Of a DNA stretch of 64,000 bases, positions 1 to 12,513 are shown one piece after another. This DNA is from Eledone cirrhosa (Eukaryota): contig OZ024741.1 in the NCBI GenBank assembly GCA_964016885.1, forward strand, positions 80,724,001 to 80,788,000, written 5' to 3'. The stretch's first letter is position 1. Every line of letters starts with the position of its first letter. A program made the position numbers and the translations under genes. The notes under the pieces are model-generated. The model was given only the letters and a program-made list of their open reading frames with translations, did not search any database and had not been told where the DNA came from.

Positions 1-118
1 TTCCATTAAGTCCAACAATAAATTTCAGATGAGTTCCATTAAACTTAATAGACAAATATTTGGTGAAAATATATAAGATTTCATGTATTCATGCATATTA
101 TTATGATTACTGTAAGAA

Positions 119-290
119 TTGGCAGTATCGGCAGAGGGTCGGACATGCTTTCTAGCATAGTTATGTCCCTTTATGATCTGATTTCAAATCCCGCCGAGGT
201 TAACTTTGCCTTTCATCCATATGGGGTCGATAAAATAAAGTACCAGTAATGTACTGGGTAATTGCTGGCCTTGTGCCAAAAGTAGAAATA
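119..290 (+). mobile_element. tRNA-derived SINE, young copy with 19-bp TSD
   Basis: A-box-like TGGCAGTATCGG, B-box-like GATTTCAAATCC, core GCCTTTCATCC..GGGGTCGATAAAATAAAGTACCAG. ATTATGATTACTGTAAGAA is duplicated at 100-118 and 291-309. Near-identical copies at 7527, 8570, 31959, 34020. Confidence 0.85.
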
Positions 291-1533
291 ATTATGATTA
301 CTGTAAGAAATATTCAACTTTCGCTATTATTTATGGAAAACAGAACTCAATATGGATGCAATGAGTCTGATTACTATAGAAACTTATGATTTAAAATTTT
401 TTTTCCTTCCTTCTTCCTATAAATTTGTATTGTGTTTTGGGATGATTTAATCTAGAGCTGAGTGAATTACTGGAGTTATGGCTAAGTATACTATTCATTC
501 AAAAGAAAAAATAAGAAAAAAATACAGCTTAATCAATAGATTTAATCAAGAGAGCTGTAGTGAAGTGCTATCATGCTATGTTTGTCATTAGGAATGAAAA
601 CAGCTTGGAATAAAAGTTACTAAGGCAACACAATGTTTTAGAATTATATAATTGGTGAATGGTGAGGTTAATCACCTAATACAGGAATGTCTTCTGGGAA
701 AAATAAATATTTATTGGCAGTTTTCCTATTTTTGTTCCCTAACAATGAGTTAGCTCCAGTGGTTCTAAGCATGCTTTATTTTACCATCTGCTAATTAATG
801 TTACATAGAAATATATCATATTTATATAAATAAGTGTTTTAATACCAGCTGACATAAAATAATTGTTATATCCCCTCATGTTAATGTTAGCTTTCATCTA
901 AAAGCTAATATTACAGGGTAAATCATGATATTGCTTCTTGTTAGTCGAAATTAAAAGCACTTATTTAAATAGACTTTTTTACATGATAGCTTGTTGGTGT
1001 TGTTTTACAAGGTGTTAGAGTTTGTGTCAGACAGACAGAGAGAGAGAGAGAGAGAGCTAGATCAAGGGAAGTGAGGACATAACGTGCTAAGACTACTTAA
1101 TTGATGTTTTCCAACATTTCCCCTGTGCCTTATCACTACCTGTTAATTAGCTGATCATGTTTATCCTGAGTAGTTTTTAATTTCAATTAATTTTCCTTAA
1201 AAGCAATAACAATAAGAAACAGCTAGATGAGAATTTAAATTATAATAATTGTACAGGCTTTTTGTCCGTCTGCCACACAAGTGTTGCAATCTGTCAAAAA
1301 CCTAAAATTATTTACAATTCATGAAACACAAATATTAAGACAAAAAAGCTGGGTGTATGCAAAATGTTCTGAATGTCCTAAAAATACTTTCATTCATACC
1401 AGAAATCAATGTTCTCTGTCAAAGGTGTTGTCTGTCTGTCTCTCCTCCCCCTCTCTCCATATCTTTATATTATAGATATAGATACGCACACAAGCATATA
1501 TCTATTACCTCTCTCTCTCTCTGTATATATATA

Positions 1534-2809
1534 CAGGGTGCGGACGATATTTGTTCGCAAGATTACTGTCTAGGAAAAAATAACACAGTAGTTTTATTTT
1601 TTAAGATATATTTATCAAACTTGGGTCAGTTTGTCTTCATGACTTGTTCTTTCAATCTCACTTGATAAACCCGCCATTGGCTTTGATGACGGCCTCAAGG
1701 CGGCCTCGGAACCGGCTACAGGCCTTCGTCACTGTCCTCCGACTTAGGCCCCTAAAGGCACTTGTGATCCTGGCCTTCAGATCATCTTTCGTATTGCAGC
1801 TAGATCTGTTGGTGTCTCGTTCCACTGCGCCCCACACAAAGAAGTCGAGGAGGTTGCAGTCAGGTGAGCTGGGAGGCCAGATGTCAGGTGAAGTGTGGTC
1901 GACGAAGTTCTCTGACAGCCAGGCTTGGGTCTTTCGGCTGGTATGGCAGGGCGCTGAGTCTTGCTGCCACACGTACGACCTACCTGCAGTTACCTGGTCA
2001 ATCCAGGGCTTTACTACCTCGCTCAGAACGCAGATGTAGCCATCGGTGTTCAGCTTGAGGCCTTCAGGGACGAAGTGAGGTGACATGACGTCACCTTGAC
2101 TGCTGACGACACCTAAGACCAATGTTGTTGCTGGAAACTTTGTCTGCATGACTCTGGGCACGTCTTTGGATGAGACAGCGAGCCACCTGTTGTTCTGGGA
2201 GTTGATCTTCTGGTCTTGGCAGAAGTTTTTCTAGTCGGAGAAAAACCACAGCATGTCTGGCTCCAGTGGGTGTTTCAACTTGTTGATCAGCTTCTTTGCG
2301 TGTGCTTCAGTCGCTTTTCTTGCATTGCCTATGACAGAAATTGTCCTTTCCTCATCTTGTATGAAACGTAGCGAATGTCTTCATGTACCACCAGCCTAAT
2401 GAGCTTTTCATCCACGCCTTTCTCCCTTGCAATAGCATGCATCGACTTGCTAGGTTCATTGTTGATGATATCCTGAACTTCAGCGACGAACTCGGGGGTT
2501 CTGAAGGCGTCAGATTGTCGATCATCTGTTTTCGTCTCTGATGTTGCTTCGTAGTCGAATCCTGAATCTTCCAATTCCTTTCTGACCTTTTCCACCATTC
2601 TCCTGCTGACGCTGAGAAAGTCTGAAATTCCAAGAACTCTGTCTCTTCCACAAATTTGGAGGTTCAAAATTTTTCATAATCAATTATTCTGAAAATAAAT
2701 AATGGAAATATAGTCACTGTTTTTATGAAGACAAGAGTGACAACGGAAGTAAAACAATTTGCATAAAATTAGCAGTTGAAAATTGCGAACAAATATCGTC
2801 CACACCCTG
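1534..2809 (-). mobile_element. Tc1/mariner superfamily DNA transposon, DD37D (maT) type, full length but defective
   Basis: 27-bp TIRs CAGGGTGCGGACGATATTTGTTCGCAA at 1534-1560 and 2783-2809 (1 mismatch), TA on both sides. Transposase pieces are ORFs 2329-2667 and 1658-2161, with 37 residues between the D of WQQD and the D of NLLD. Confidence 0.95.
1658..2667 (-). pseudogene. DD37D transposase pseudogene
   Basis: Motifs WFFSD, WQQDSAPCH, WPPSSPDCNLLD. TAG stops at 2329-2331 and 2231-2233 (FSD*KNF) and a frameshift near 2300. Confidence 0.92.
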
Positions 2810-2815
2810 TATGTG

Positions 2816-5800
2816 TCATCATCATCATCGTTTAACGTCCATCTTCCACGCTTGCATGGGTTTGGACGAGAGTTTTCCCACTTGAGGCAAGATTGGTTGT
2901 CATGCTCGTATAGGACTGTCTGGCGGGTTTTCTATGGCTGGATGCCTTTCCTAACACCAACCACATTTACAGTGTGGACTGGGAGGTTTTTACCGTGTTA
3001 CCTACACGGCCACATTACAGCGTGGACTGTGTGTTTTTTTTGTCGTGACACCTACACATCTGGCGGGTTTTCTATGGCTGGGTGCCCTTCCCAACACCAA
3101 CCACGTTTACAGTGTTTACTGGGAGGTTTTTACCGTGTTACCTACATGGCCACATTACAGCGTGGACTGTGTGTTTTTTGTTGTGACACCTACACAACCT
3201 CATTTATTTAGGACTGGATGTTGTGGTACCAACATAGCTTCACATTTAAGGGGATGGTGTGGATGGGGTGGGGGTAGTGGGACGGGGGTGTATTTTGTTA
3301 GAGGTGCCTACGGACTAGGTTTCGCTTTGTACTTAGGCAAGGCAGGTCTTCTGTATAACTGTCTAGCGCCAAAGCTCTCGGTCCAGTGACATTGTCTTGG
3401 AGAGGTGTAAGTGTGTGAGGTTGGAATTTATCAAGTCGTCCCAGGTTTTTCTGGGTCTGCCTACTCCGTGGCTACCGTCTATTTTTATCGCCCTGCACTT
3501 TTTTATACAGCTATCGCCTTTCATGCGCATCACGTGACCGTACCAATGTAGTCTTCTCTCGAGTAAACAACATCTGATCCCTCTTATTCTTAATTTCTCC
3601 CTTAGTTCGTTTATGCTTTGCCGTTCACGTATATTACTGTTACACATCCAGTGGAGCATGCAAGCTTCGTTTCTCTCCAGTCTGCGTATATCCTCTGTAC
3701 ACAATGCCCAGGTCTCATTGCCATGTAACATTGCTGTTCGTATGCAGGCATCATACAGCCTGCCTTTCATTTTTAGAGAGAACCCTTTAGCGGCCAATAG
3801 TGGTATAAGCTCTCTGAACTTTTTCCATCTCGTTCTGACTCTAGCTACTGTACTTTCAGAGCACCCTACCCCACTGCTGATTTTGTCACCCAGGTAACTG
3901 AAGGTGTCCACTATTTCTATAGAACCATCTGTGCAATGGAATGATCTAGTATTCTGTGGGCACTTGCTGCTACTTATTGCACCAGAGCACTGGCCACATA
4001 TAAAATCTATATTCTTAGTTAGCTTATCTGTGATCCCACTACATCTTTTATGCACCCATACTTTGCATTTGGGACATAAAATAGAGTTTCTGCCTACTCC
4101 TTTCCTACACACTGAGCATGGCCATTTCCCAGATGGGACCGGTGCCCTATTTTCCTTCCTACAAACTAGAATTTTAGTCTTAGACAAGTTAACTTTAAGG
4201 CCTTTTGATTCTAGGCCATGCTTCCATGTTTGGAATTTCTTCTCTAGTTCAGCCATTGATTCAGCTATGAGCATTAGATCATCTGCATATAGGAGTTCCC
4301 ATGGGCAGCCGGTCTTGAACTCCTCTGTTATAGTCTGAAGGGCAATAGTAGGGGGGTCTAAGGACGGAGCCCTGATGAACACCAACTTTTACGCTAAACT
4401 CTTCACTATATTCGTTGTTAATTCTAACCTTGCTGACTGTTTCATTATACATGGCTTGTATAGCTCTCACAAGCCATTCATCAACACCTAGTTTTCTAAG
4501 AGCCCACCAGATAATGGAGTGGGGGACTCTGTCAAAGGCTTTCTCCAAGTCAACAAAAGCTAAGTATAGGGGTTTACTTTTAGCTAGGTACTTCTCCTGT
4601 AGTTGTCGTACAATGAAAAGAGCGTCTGTTGTACTTTTACCTGACACAAACCCGAACTGCATTTCGTCTAGATCAATTCGCTCTCTGACTAGTTGCGCTA
4701 TTCCTTTTTCTGTGACCTTCATGACCTGGTCAATTAATTTAATGCCTCTATAGTTTCCCCTATCTAAGGCATCACCTTTACCCTTGTAGCAGTTAATGAT
4801 TATGCTGCTGTGCCAGTCCTTCGGAACGACCCCATTCTGTATGACATGGTTTACTATCCGGGTGACCATAGTGTGTCCCATCGTTCCAGATGCTTTCAGC
4901 ATTTCAGCAACTATTTCCGAAGGCCCGGCCGCCTTGCCCATCTTCATGTCTTTGATCGCCTTACTTATTATACTACCTTCAACTTGCACTGCTGGTCCCT
5001 CTATTGGGTCGATGTGGGGGAGACTGTCTTTCTCCCAATTATTCTCTATAATAATAGTGTTTACAACAGACACTCTGTCACGTCTCCTGGTAAGGATATA
5101 ATCTACCTGGCTTGTGTGTTCCCCCGATCTATAGGTGATCAAGTGATTGTCTCGTTTTTTGAAGTTAGTGTTACAGATAGTTAGGTTATTTGCGTCAGAG
5201 AATTCCAGGATTCTGGAGCCTTCCTCATTTCTAGTACCAAACCCATAGCCTCCGTGGATTCCGTCATAGCCGTCACAATGTTGTCCAACGTGACCATTTA
5301 GGTCGCCAGCGTTAACTATGTAGTCACTGTCGGTTATTTGGGAGGTCTTTTATAACGCCAGGCAGTCCGGATTGTGGTGCATATGCAGATATTATTGTCA
5401 TAGTAGTTCTATTGAGGACAAGTCTTATTTTAATTATTCTGTCGTTCACTCTATTTATGTCTATTATCTTATCTGCCCACTTTTCTGCTACCATGATTCC
5501 TACTCCACCCCGCCCATTGTCATTTCCCACCCAGAAAAGCTTATAGCATCGTTCTTTACCCACAATGAATCTAGCAGACCCACCCCTCCACCTGGTCTCT
5601 TGAATACAACAAACATCGACCTCCTTACGTTCAAGCATTTCTACAACCTCGTTAGAGCGACCCTTTAAGGTGCCTACATTCATGGTACCAACTCTGAAGT
5701 TTTGGATTGCGTTTGGAAGGTGGGGCGCAGGGGGGGGGGGAGTATGTTAGTCATCCGCGGCCGAAACAAAGAGGAGTCCTTGCATTCTCGTCCGGCTGCA

Positions 5801-5922
5801 TGAGGTGAATTTGTCTTTATCTTTGGCATTGTCACTGAGTGTCCAGATTTTTTCTTTTCAAACTCTCCAGAATTCCGTAGTTCATCCATCATATCGAAAG
5901 GCAACCAGGTAAGTGATAGCAT
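2816..5922 (-). mobile_element. RTE-clade LINE (APE endonuclease + RT), internally deleted and frameshifted
   Basis: APE motifs (MNVGTLKG, CCIQETRW, ISAYAPQ, GDLNGHVG, VDYIL) and RT motifs (NYRGIKL, AFVDLEKAFDRV, GVHQGS, LLYADD, RRLHWYGHV, GRPRKTW). 3' end GGACGTTAAACGATGATGATGA at 2816-2840. The 5' boundary is uncertain and may reach ~6257. Confidence 0.95.
2919..3196. repeat. 140-bp tandem duplication in the RTE 3' UTR
   Basis: TCTGGCGGGTTTTCTATGGCTG...GTGACACCTACACA starts at 2919 and again at 3059. Confidence 0.9.
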
Positions 5923-6257
5923 AGGCCGCTGACTTATGATTGGCCCACGTAATAATGGTGGTGTGTGGGGGCAGGTGGGAGGGATATTGGGTAGTTAGCG
6001 AGAAGGTTAAGGTTTAAATAAGATCCCCGTATTTTGGGCATAATTTAACAAACATAAAAAATACAAGATTTGTTTTGAAAAATACGCTAGAATTATCGAA
6101 TAGAAAAGCAAAGATTGGATTCTGGGAGAAATGATACAGATTGATGAATGGACTAGGGAATTAAAATGGTGAGAAGAGTGAAGAAATATTTGTACGTTAC
6201 ATTACACCGTGATAGCAGCCTAGTCTGAATAGGGTTGGCGATTTTTGAGGTGTATAT

Positions 6258-6609
6258 ATGTAAAGAGCTGTAACTAAATACCAGAAGGCATTGGGTTTGA
6301 TACTCCATTGATTCTGTCAATTTAGAATCGATAACGTGAAATGCAGGCACCTGGCCCATTTAAGAGGTCAGTAGCACCAATCAAATACTGACTTAGTCTA
6401 TATATATATATTAGTGTATATATATATATGTGCTTTCCCTGCTTGAAAGGGTTGGATGGGTCATCATAGATTAAGTCAGTATTTGATTGGTGCTACTGAC
6501 CTCTTAAATGGGCCAGGTGCTTGCATTTCACGTTATAGATTCTAAATTGACAGAATCAATGGAGTATCAAACAAAATGCCTTTTGGTATTTTGTTACAGC
6601 TCTTTACAT
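6258..6609. repeat. Inverted duplication, 144-bp arms with 64-nt spacer
   Basis: 6258-6401 is the reverse complement of 6466-6609 with a few mismatches. This explains the twin ORFs MGQV.AFHVIDSKLTESMEYQT on opposite strands. Confidence 0.92.
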
Positions 6610-6744
6610 TCCGAGTTCTGGACTCTACAGAGTGTACTGGGTGCATTTTATCGTGACACCAGCAACAAGAAGGTTGTCATGTCTTTGACACAACTGAAGA
6701 TTCATTCTCTCAACCCTTTGTTTGGCATGCTTTCTTAACAAAAA

Positions 6745-6935
6745 ATAACTATTGGTCCCTAATTGAGGCACAAGGTCAGCAACTTTGGGGAGTGGGAGGT
6801 GGAAGCCGATTATATCAACCCCAGTACTTGACTGGTACTTTATTTTATCAGCCCTGGAAACAGGAAAGGTAAAGTTGACCGGAATGGGATTTGAACTCAG
6901 TATGTAAAGAGCTGTAACTAAATACCAGAAGGAAT
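6745..6935 (-). mobile_element. tRNA-derived SINE, older copy
   Basis: Reverse complement contains CTGAGTTCAAATCCC and ACTTTACCTTTC..ATAAAATAAAGTACCAGTCAAGTACTGGGG. Confidence 0.75.
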
Positions 6936-6984
6936 TTAGAATCTATAACTAAGAATAAGCCTTCATTAGTAGACACTGAACATA

Positions 6985-7410
6985 GAAGACATGTAGCTCT
7001 GCTCTCCATGTAGCACCCCCAGCTTTACACCGTACTTCCATGTAGCCCTGCTCCCAACACACTGTATTCCCATGTAGCACCTCCATACATTGCATTTCCA
7101 TGTAGCCCTGCCCCTCACACACTATTCCTATGTAGTACCCCATACACATTGTATAACCAGGTGGCTCCCTTACACTCTACCCCCATGTAGCTCTGCTCAC
7201 ACACCGTATCTACATGTAGCCCTCTTCACATGCCGTATCTCCATGTAGCCTTGTTCCTATGCACACACTGTATCCCTAACACACTATCTTCTGTATCCCC
7301 TACACACTATCTTCATGTAACTCTCTTCACACTCATATTGTATCCTCATGTAGTCTTGCCTCCAACCCTACACACACACTGTATCCCTCATGCAGCACCC
7401 ACCACACATA
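6985..7410. repeat. Degenerate minisatellite (CATGTAGC/ACAC/GTATCC units)
   Basis: Recurring CCATGTAGCC and ACACACTGTAT motifs at roughly 20-35 nt spacing. Confidence 0.75.
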
Positions 7411-7526
7411 CACCCCATTTCCATCACTGGATATATCCGAAAAGTGATTGCAACACACAGGAAACTAATGCAACTTAACAAAATTAGAAAGCAACAGGGA
7501 AAGAAGTATGTGATTGCATTATTGCA

Positions 7527-7710
7527 GTGGATTGGCAGTATCGGTAGAGGGTCGGACGCCATGCTTTCCAGCATAGTTACGTCCCTTTTACGATCTGAGT
7601 TCAAATCCCGCCGAGGTTGACTTTGCCTTTCATCCTTACGGGGTCGATAAAATAAAGTACCAGTAATGCACTGGGTAATTGCTGGCCTTGTGCCAAAAGT
7701 AGAAACAATT
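7527..7710 (+). mobile_element. tRNA-derived SINE, young copy
   Basis: Same family as 119-290; GAGTTCAAATCC B-box; ATTGCATTA on both flanks. Confidence 0.85.
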
Positions 7711-7940
7711 ATTGCATTACACTGTTGACAATATAGAAACCTTGGATTTAAAAAAAATGTTTATAGCTTAGCCAGAGATGGAAGGACAAACATTCATGAT
7801 CTTTTGTAGAGCCTGGTGGTGTGTTAGGGAAGAAGGAATCGTGACTCATAGGTTACTGCAGTATGAAATAGAATATCAGTATATCAAATAACCTACTGAC
7901 CAGGGAACTAGTTTAAATGTTTGAAACAGAGTGATGTCTG

Positions 7941-8183
7941 TTAACTTTTTTGATAGCCTAAACCTGTTCCTAATTATATGTTACTAAACTGTTTGTTTTA
8001 AAGTGTTCATATTTAATAAAGAATGCCTTCCATCATAAAACCTTTGTTATGTTCCAAACACCCGTTTACTAATGAGAAAGTTAGTTATATAATTAAATCC
8101 TTCCAAATTTTGGATTATTTTCAAAATTATTTGAAAATAATAAGCAGTGTCTTTCATTAGAAATATGGTTACAAAAGGGTTAA
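7941..8183. mobile_element. TTAA-flanked piggyBac-type MITE (degenerate)
   Basis: Ends TTAACTTTTTTGATA ... TTACAAAAGGGTTAA. Related pieces at ~14140-14280, 23518-23750 and 32252-32468. Confidence 0.55.
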
Positions 8184-8569
8184 ATACATTGAAGGGTATA
8201 TATAGTAGTGGTATTAAAATGGGAAATATATTAACTTCAGTATAGCTTGGAACATTGGAAATTGAAGATATGGGTATTCAAATTATTTAGTATGATATAT
8301 ATATAAAAGCATCCAGTACATGCTGTAAAATGATAGGAAGCGCATCCAGTCATAGACAGCTTACCAAACAAGGGGTTGGGAGGACCCTTCAGTTTGTGTC
8401 AGAAGACACAGCAACTTCTCCTGTGTACTAGATAGAATGTATGACATTACATAAGCAAGATACAGACCCCTGGGTTTGCCTGGGAATTCAGTAGCTCTGC
8501 TTCAATACTGACTTAGCTTATGTAGACCCATCCAACCCTTGCTAACTGGGAAAGCAGACATTAAATGAT

Positions 8570-8746
8570 AATTGTTTCTACTTTAGGCACAAGGCCAGCA
8601 ATTACCCAGTGCATTACTGGTACTTTATTTTATCGACCCCGTAAGGATGAAAGGCAAAGTCAACTTCAGCGGGATTTGAACTCAGATCGTAAAGGGACGT
8701 AATTATGCTGGAAATCATGGCGTCCGACCCTCTACCGATACTGCCA
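8570..8746 (-). mobile_element. tRNA-derived SINE inserted into the TGA tail of an RTE-type 3' end
   Basis: Reverse complement of the 7527 copy; AAATGAT on both sides. Confidence 0.85.
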
Positions 8747-8806
8747 AATGATGATGATATATATTTCAATTTTATTTTTACAAGCATTGAATGAATTATG
8801 AATTTA

Positions 8807-9005
8807 AAATGTATGTTAGCTTAAAGTTAACTGCTTCAACACAGGTTTTTTTTTTTCACTATTAAAAATAATTGAACAGGTTGGATATATAAGCCACTAG
8901 AGATGAAAAAAGTGAATTGCATTGCCTGTGGGACATCATCATTGTATTTTTCATAGTAAAATGAAACCCTGCATTGAAGCAGTTAACTTTAAGCTAACAT
9001 ACATT
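8807..9005. repeat. Inverted-repeat (foldback/MITE-like) element
   Basis: AATGTATGTTAGCTTAAAGTTAACTGCTTCAA and its exact complement ending at 9005. The same arm sequence recurs at ~38253-38310. Confidence 0.8.
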
Positions 9006-10339
9006 CATAATTGCTATATATTCATTATCCTGGCCTCCCGAGTAGCTCTGGTATTGTGGTAGAAGGCGCTGAAACACCTATGGAATTACTTCAACCACCT
9101 GATGAGACATTAACTCCTGCATTCAGAGACAGAATATAGCAGCACAAAAGTGTGTTTACCCCAAATATATATTGTTACACTAGTCACATAATAACTAGAT
9201 ACAAGGGGTACCTCACAATTAACATCCTTGAATCTTTGACTCACAGCTGAGTTATTTTACTGAGTTATATTACTAACACATCATCATCACTATTGTTTTT
9301 ACATAAATAAGGTATTGGGTTTCATATGTGGAACCACTGAGCAGTGGGACTCTTGTTTGTGTGTGGAACATAAACAAATGTCAAATCAGAAATGAAGATT
9401 AAAGCATGGCAACAAACACACATTTAGATATATATACATATTACACACACACACACACACATATCCAGTTGATGCATGCCTTACACAAACAAAGATGAGC
9501 ATATTCTGATTCTCATCTTCACTGCGTCTGATGGACAAATCAATCGCAGTGTCACAGCTGATTGTAATCGATTAAGACTCCGAACTGGTCATTTGTAAAA
9601 TATGTTATGTGTGGTTACAAATAAAATATGTTAAACTGACACTTCAATCACTCTTTCTTAATATATGCACATACATATATATATATCATCATCATCATTT
9701 TACGTCCGCTTATATATATATATATGCACACACATACATACACACATATATGTCATAAGAATGCATTGAATATTTGTCCCTGTTCCCTGCATTCTGAGTT
9801 CAAATCATCCTGTAGTCCAACTCGGTCTTCATGAAAACTTTGTATATATTTTTGTGACAGCTATATTAGCTTTCTATTTTAGACAGATACCATGGCTTGA
9901 GGTTCGTTGGCTACTTATTTCCTTTTTTTTTTCCCCCATTTTTCTTTTGTTCTTTCTCTCTTTGCCCTTTTCTTCTCTTCTTTCTTTGTCCTTTGTCTCT
10001 CTCCCCCACTCTTCTCTTCCCTCTTTTCCTACCCGCCGCTTGTCATTTCCGCTCTCGCAGCATCAAGACTTGTTGCCCTTTCTAGCGACGAATTGGTGCC
10101 GAGAGGACGCGTTTTACTTCTCTCTCTTTGATCTGTCTGTCTATCTAATTTGTTTGTTTTTCATGCAAACATCATACCAGTAGAAATATTGATTTTTCTG
10201 TTGCATGAGCCAGCTATAGTGATTTAGCCTTTATAAAATCAATATTAAAACTCTACATCAGTATTGAGTACACTTTTCTCTCAGCTATTAACTACAAATG
10301 GATATATATATATATACACACACACTCACAAAAACAATA

Positions 10340-10500
10340 GGCTTTATACAGTTTCTGTCTACCAAAATTGCTCACAAGGCATTAGTCGGTCTGAGGCTAG
10401 AGTAGAAGACATTTACCTAAACTGCCCTACTGTACGATAGAACATAAGACCACATTATTGCAAAGTGAACTTCTTAACTAAAGAGTTATAACTGCACCTA
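10340..10500 (-). mobile_element. Second SINE family, degenerate copy
   Basis: CAGTTTCTGTCTACCAAA..TCACAAGGCATT..GTC motif, also at ~18760-18900 and ~19735-19880. Confidence 0.65.
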
Positions 10501-11419
10501 ACACAGATGTCTTAAATGTTATTTCATTGTGATGTTTCTGGAAACAGTCATTTTATCAAGCAGACACAGCAGAATATAGAGACAGGCAACTGAAATAATT
10601 AATGTTATTTCATCACAACTACAATAGTGAAGATGTGTGGCCTATTGGTTACAGCGTTGGGTTCATGATTTTAAGGTTGTGGGCATCAAGCATTACAGTG
10701 CATTGGGTTCTTGAGCAAAATACTTCATTTCATATTACTTTTCATAATAGCATTGGGGCTTTGTATCTTTAAAACACGTGAGAAACCTCCTATGAAATGC
10801 AAACACGTAGGAAGCCAGCTAAACCTATGTAGGTGTGAGCTATGTCTTTTTCACAACTAAAATGGTCTTTACTTCTCTCAACATGTTGACTATATTTCTG
10901 TCATATAAACATACCTGAAGTACTTCAATGCCTTCCTACTTCCTACTCAGTTTTATCCTCAGATGCCATATCTTTTCCCAGGAGCACATCATTCTGAATG
11001 TAAATGAACCAAAATACCCTTAACTATCTTTATACCCCAATCCACACAGATTTGACTATACAGCTGATAGTGTTGCTCCTCCTCTAAATATTCTGAAAAC
11101 TATTTACATATATTGTCTATCTTTGATTAATTGTCATTGTCATTACATTAATTAACATTGTCAATGAGTGTAGAAATTATTTCATTGGAAATTATTCAGA
11201 ATAAAGCTAGTGATTGCCAAGGATGGTTTTAATTATAGCATTTTGATGCAAGGTCACCAACCACTAGAATTATGCATAAAAATAGTTGATTGCAATAAAG
11301 CAATAACATTTATTTCTCCAGTTATATCTGTCTGTATTCTATTGTATTTGCTTGATAAAATGCCTGTTTCCATGAGTCCTCAATAGAATGATATAAAGAT
11401 ATTAGTGTTAGGAATACAA

Positions 11420-11785
11420 TTTTTTAAAGCATGCTTTGATGGATGTGCAATATTAATATACATGAAAAATAAGACGTAGATGAAATGAGAGAGACTGGAT
11501 ATAAGAGAAATCTGATGTAGTGTGCAAGATAGAAGATTGCACTGGTGTGTCCAGGTGATGTACATGGATGATGATCACTGGGTGAAGAAATCCCAGTGGA
11601 AGGGTGCTACAGTAAAGGGAGACAAATGAAGACCAGGGCAGAGGTTGTCAGAGCTAATCTCAAAATACTGAATCTCACAGAGGAGATGACGAAGGACTGA
11701 GATGATTGGAGAGATGCTGTGCTGGAAAGAACCCTTCCAATCCATGCAGGCATGGAAAAGCGACCGTAAAATGGTGGTGGTGATG
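11420..11785 (+). mobile_element. RTE LINE 3' fragment (degenerate)
   Basis: Remnant of RRLHWYGHV (GATAGAAGATTGCACTGGTGT) and terminal GCATGGAAAAGCGACCGTAAAATGGTGGTG. A similar fragment lies at ~32770-33050. Confidence 0.7.
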
Positions 11786-11934
11786 TGCTTCTTTTTAGTT
11801 TGAACCCCCTCCCCCCATCACATCCATTACTGCTTTCCCAGTCTGGCTGTGGGTACAAGTGCCCTACTATTGTAAAGTGGTAGTGTTGGTGCCACGGTAA
11901 AATACACCTATCCCACCTTATAAAGTGATAGTGC

Positions 11935-12120
11935 TATTATTACATCTACATTATAAAAACTAACTATTGTAACAGTAAACATTGCTCAAAACTAGTATTA
12001 CATCTTCATTTACAACAGTTTATTACATCTACATTATTAACAGTAAATATTGCAATAGTAAACTTTGCTAAAACTAGTAGTATTACATCTACATTATTTA
12101 TAGTAAACATTGCTAAAGCT
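11935..12120. repeat. Degenerate tandem repeat
   Basis: TATTACATCTACATTAT and AGTAAACATTGC repeated 3-4 times. Confidence 0.75.
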
Positions 12121-12513
12121 AAAATGTTACCAGCAAAGCTTCATATCTTTCAAAGCTACAAACTTGCTGATTGTATATTTTTCTGTATTTAGTCCTCATT
12201 TTATTATTAACACTGTCTAATGAAAAGTTGCATTGTGTGTGTGTGCATGTGTCTGTGTGTGTATGTATGTGAGTGAGATTAAACCTTTATTTCTTCTAAT
12301 ATTACAAGTTTAAGGATTGGAATCAGACTGCTTTGTGACTAAGAATCTATCATAAAAGGATCTACGCATGTATGTTTATAACAATATAGGTTTAGCACAG
12401 TTGATTACGATAGAAATAAAATGTTTGTTTTTTTTGTATTTTTGTTTCCATTTTCCTAAATATTATGTGCGTCTGTACAAAAGGATCTGTGCATGTATGT
12501 ATATATATGTATA

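Noticed and set aside
3613-5668. Plus-strand ORFs over the RTE (and likewise over the mariner at 1644-2058)
   Set aside because: Antisense shadows of transposon coding sequence.
6153-6738. Two near-identical small ORFs on opposite strands
   Set aside because: A by-product of the 144-bp inverted duplication.
9065-9145. GAAAC and CTGATGA boxes near each other
   Set aside because: I could not form the three stems or a UH site; not called as an HHR.
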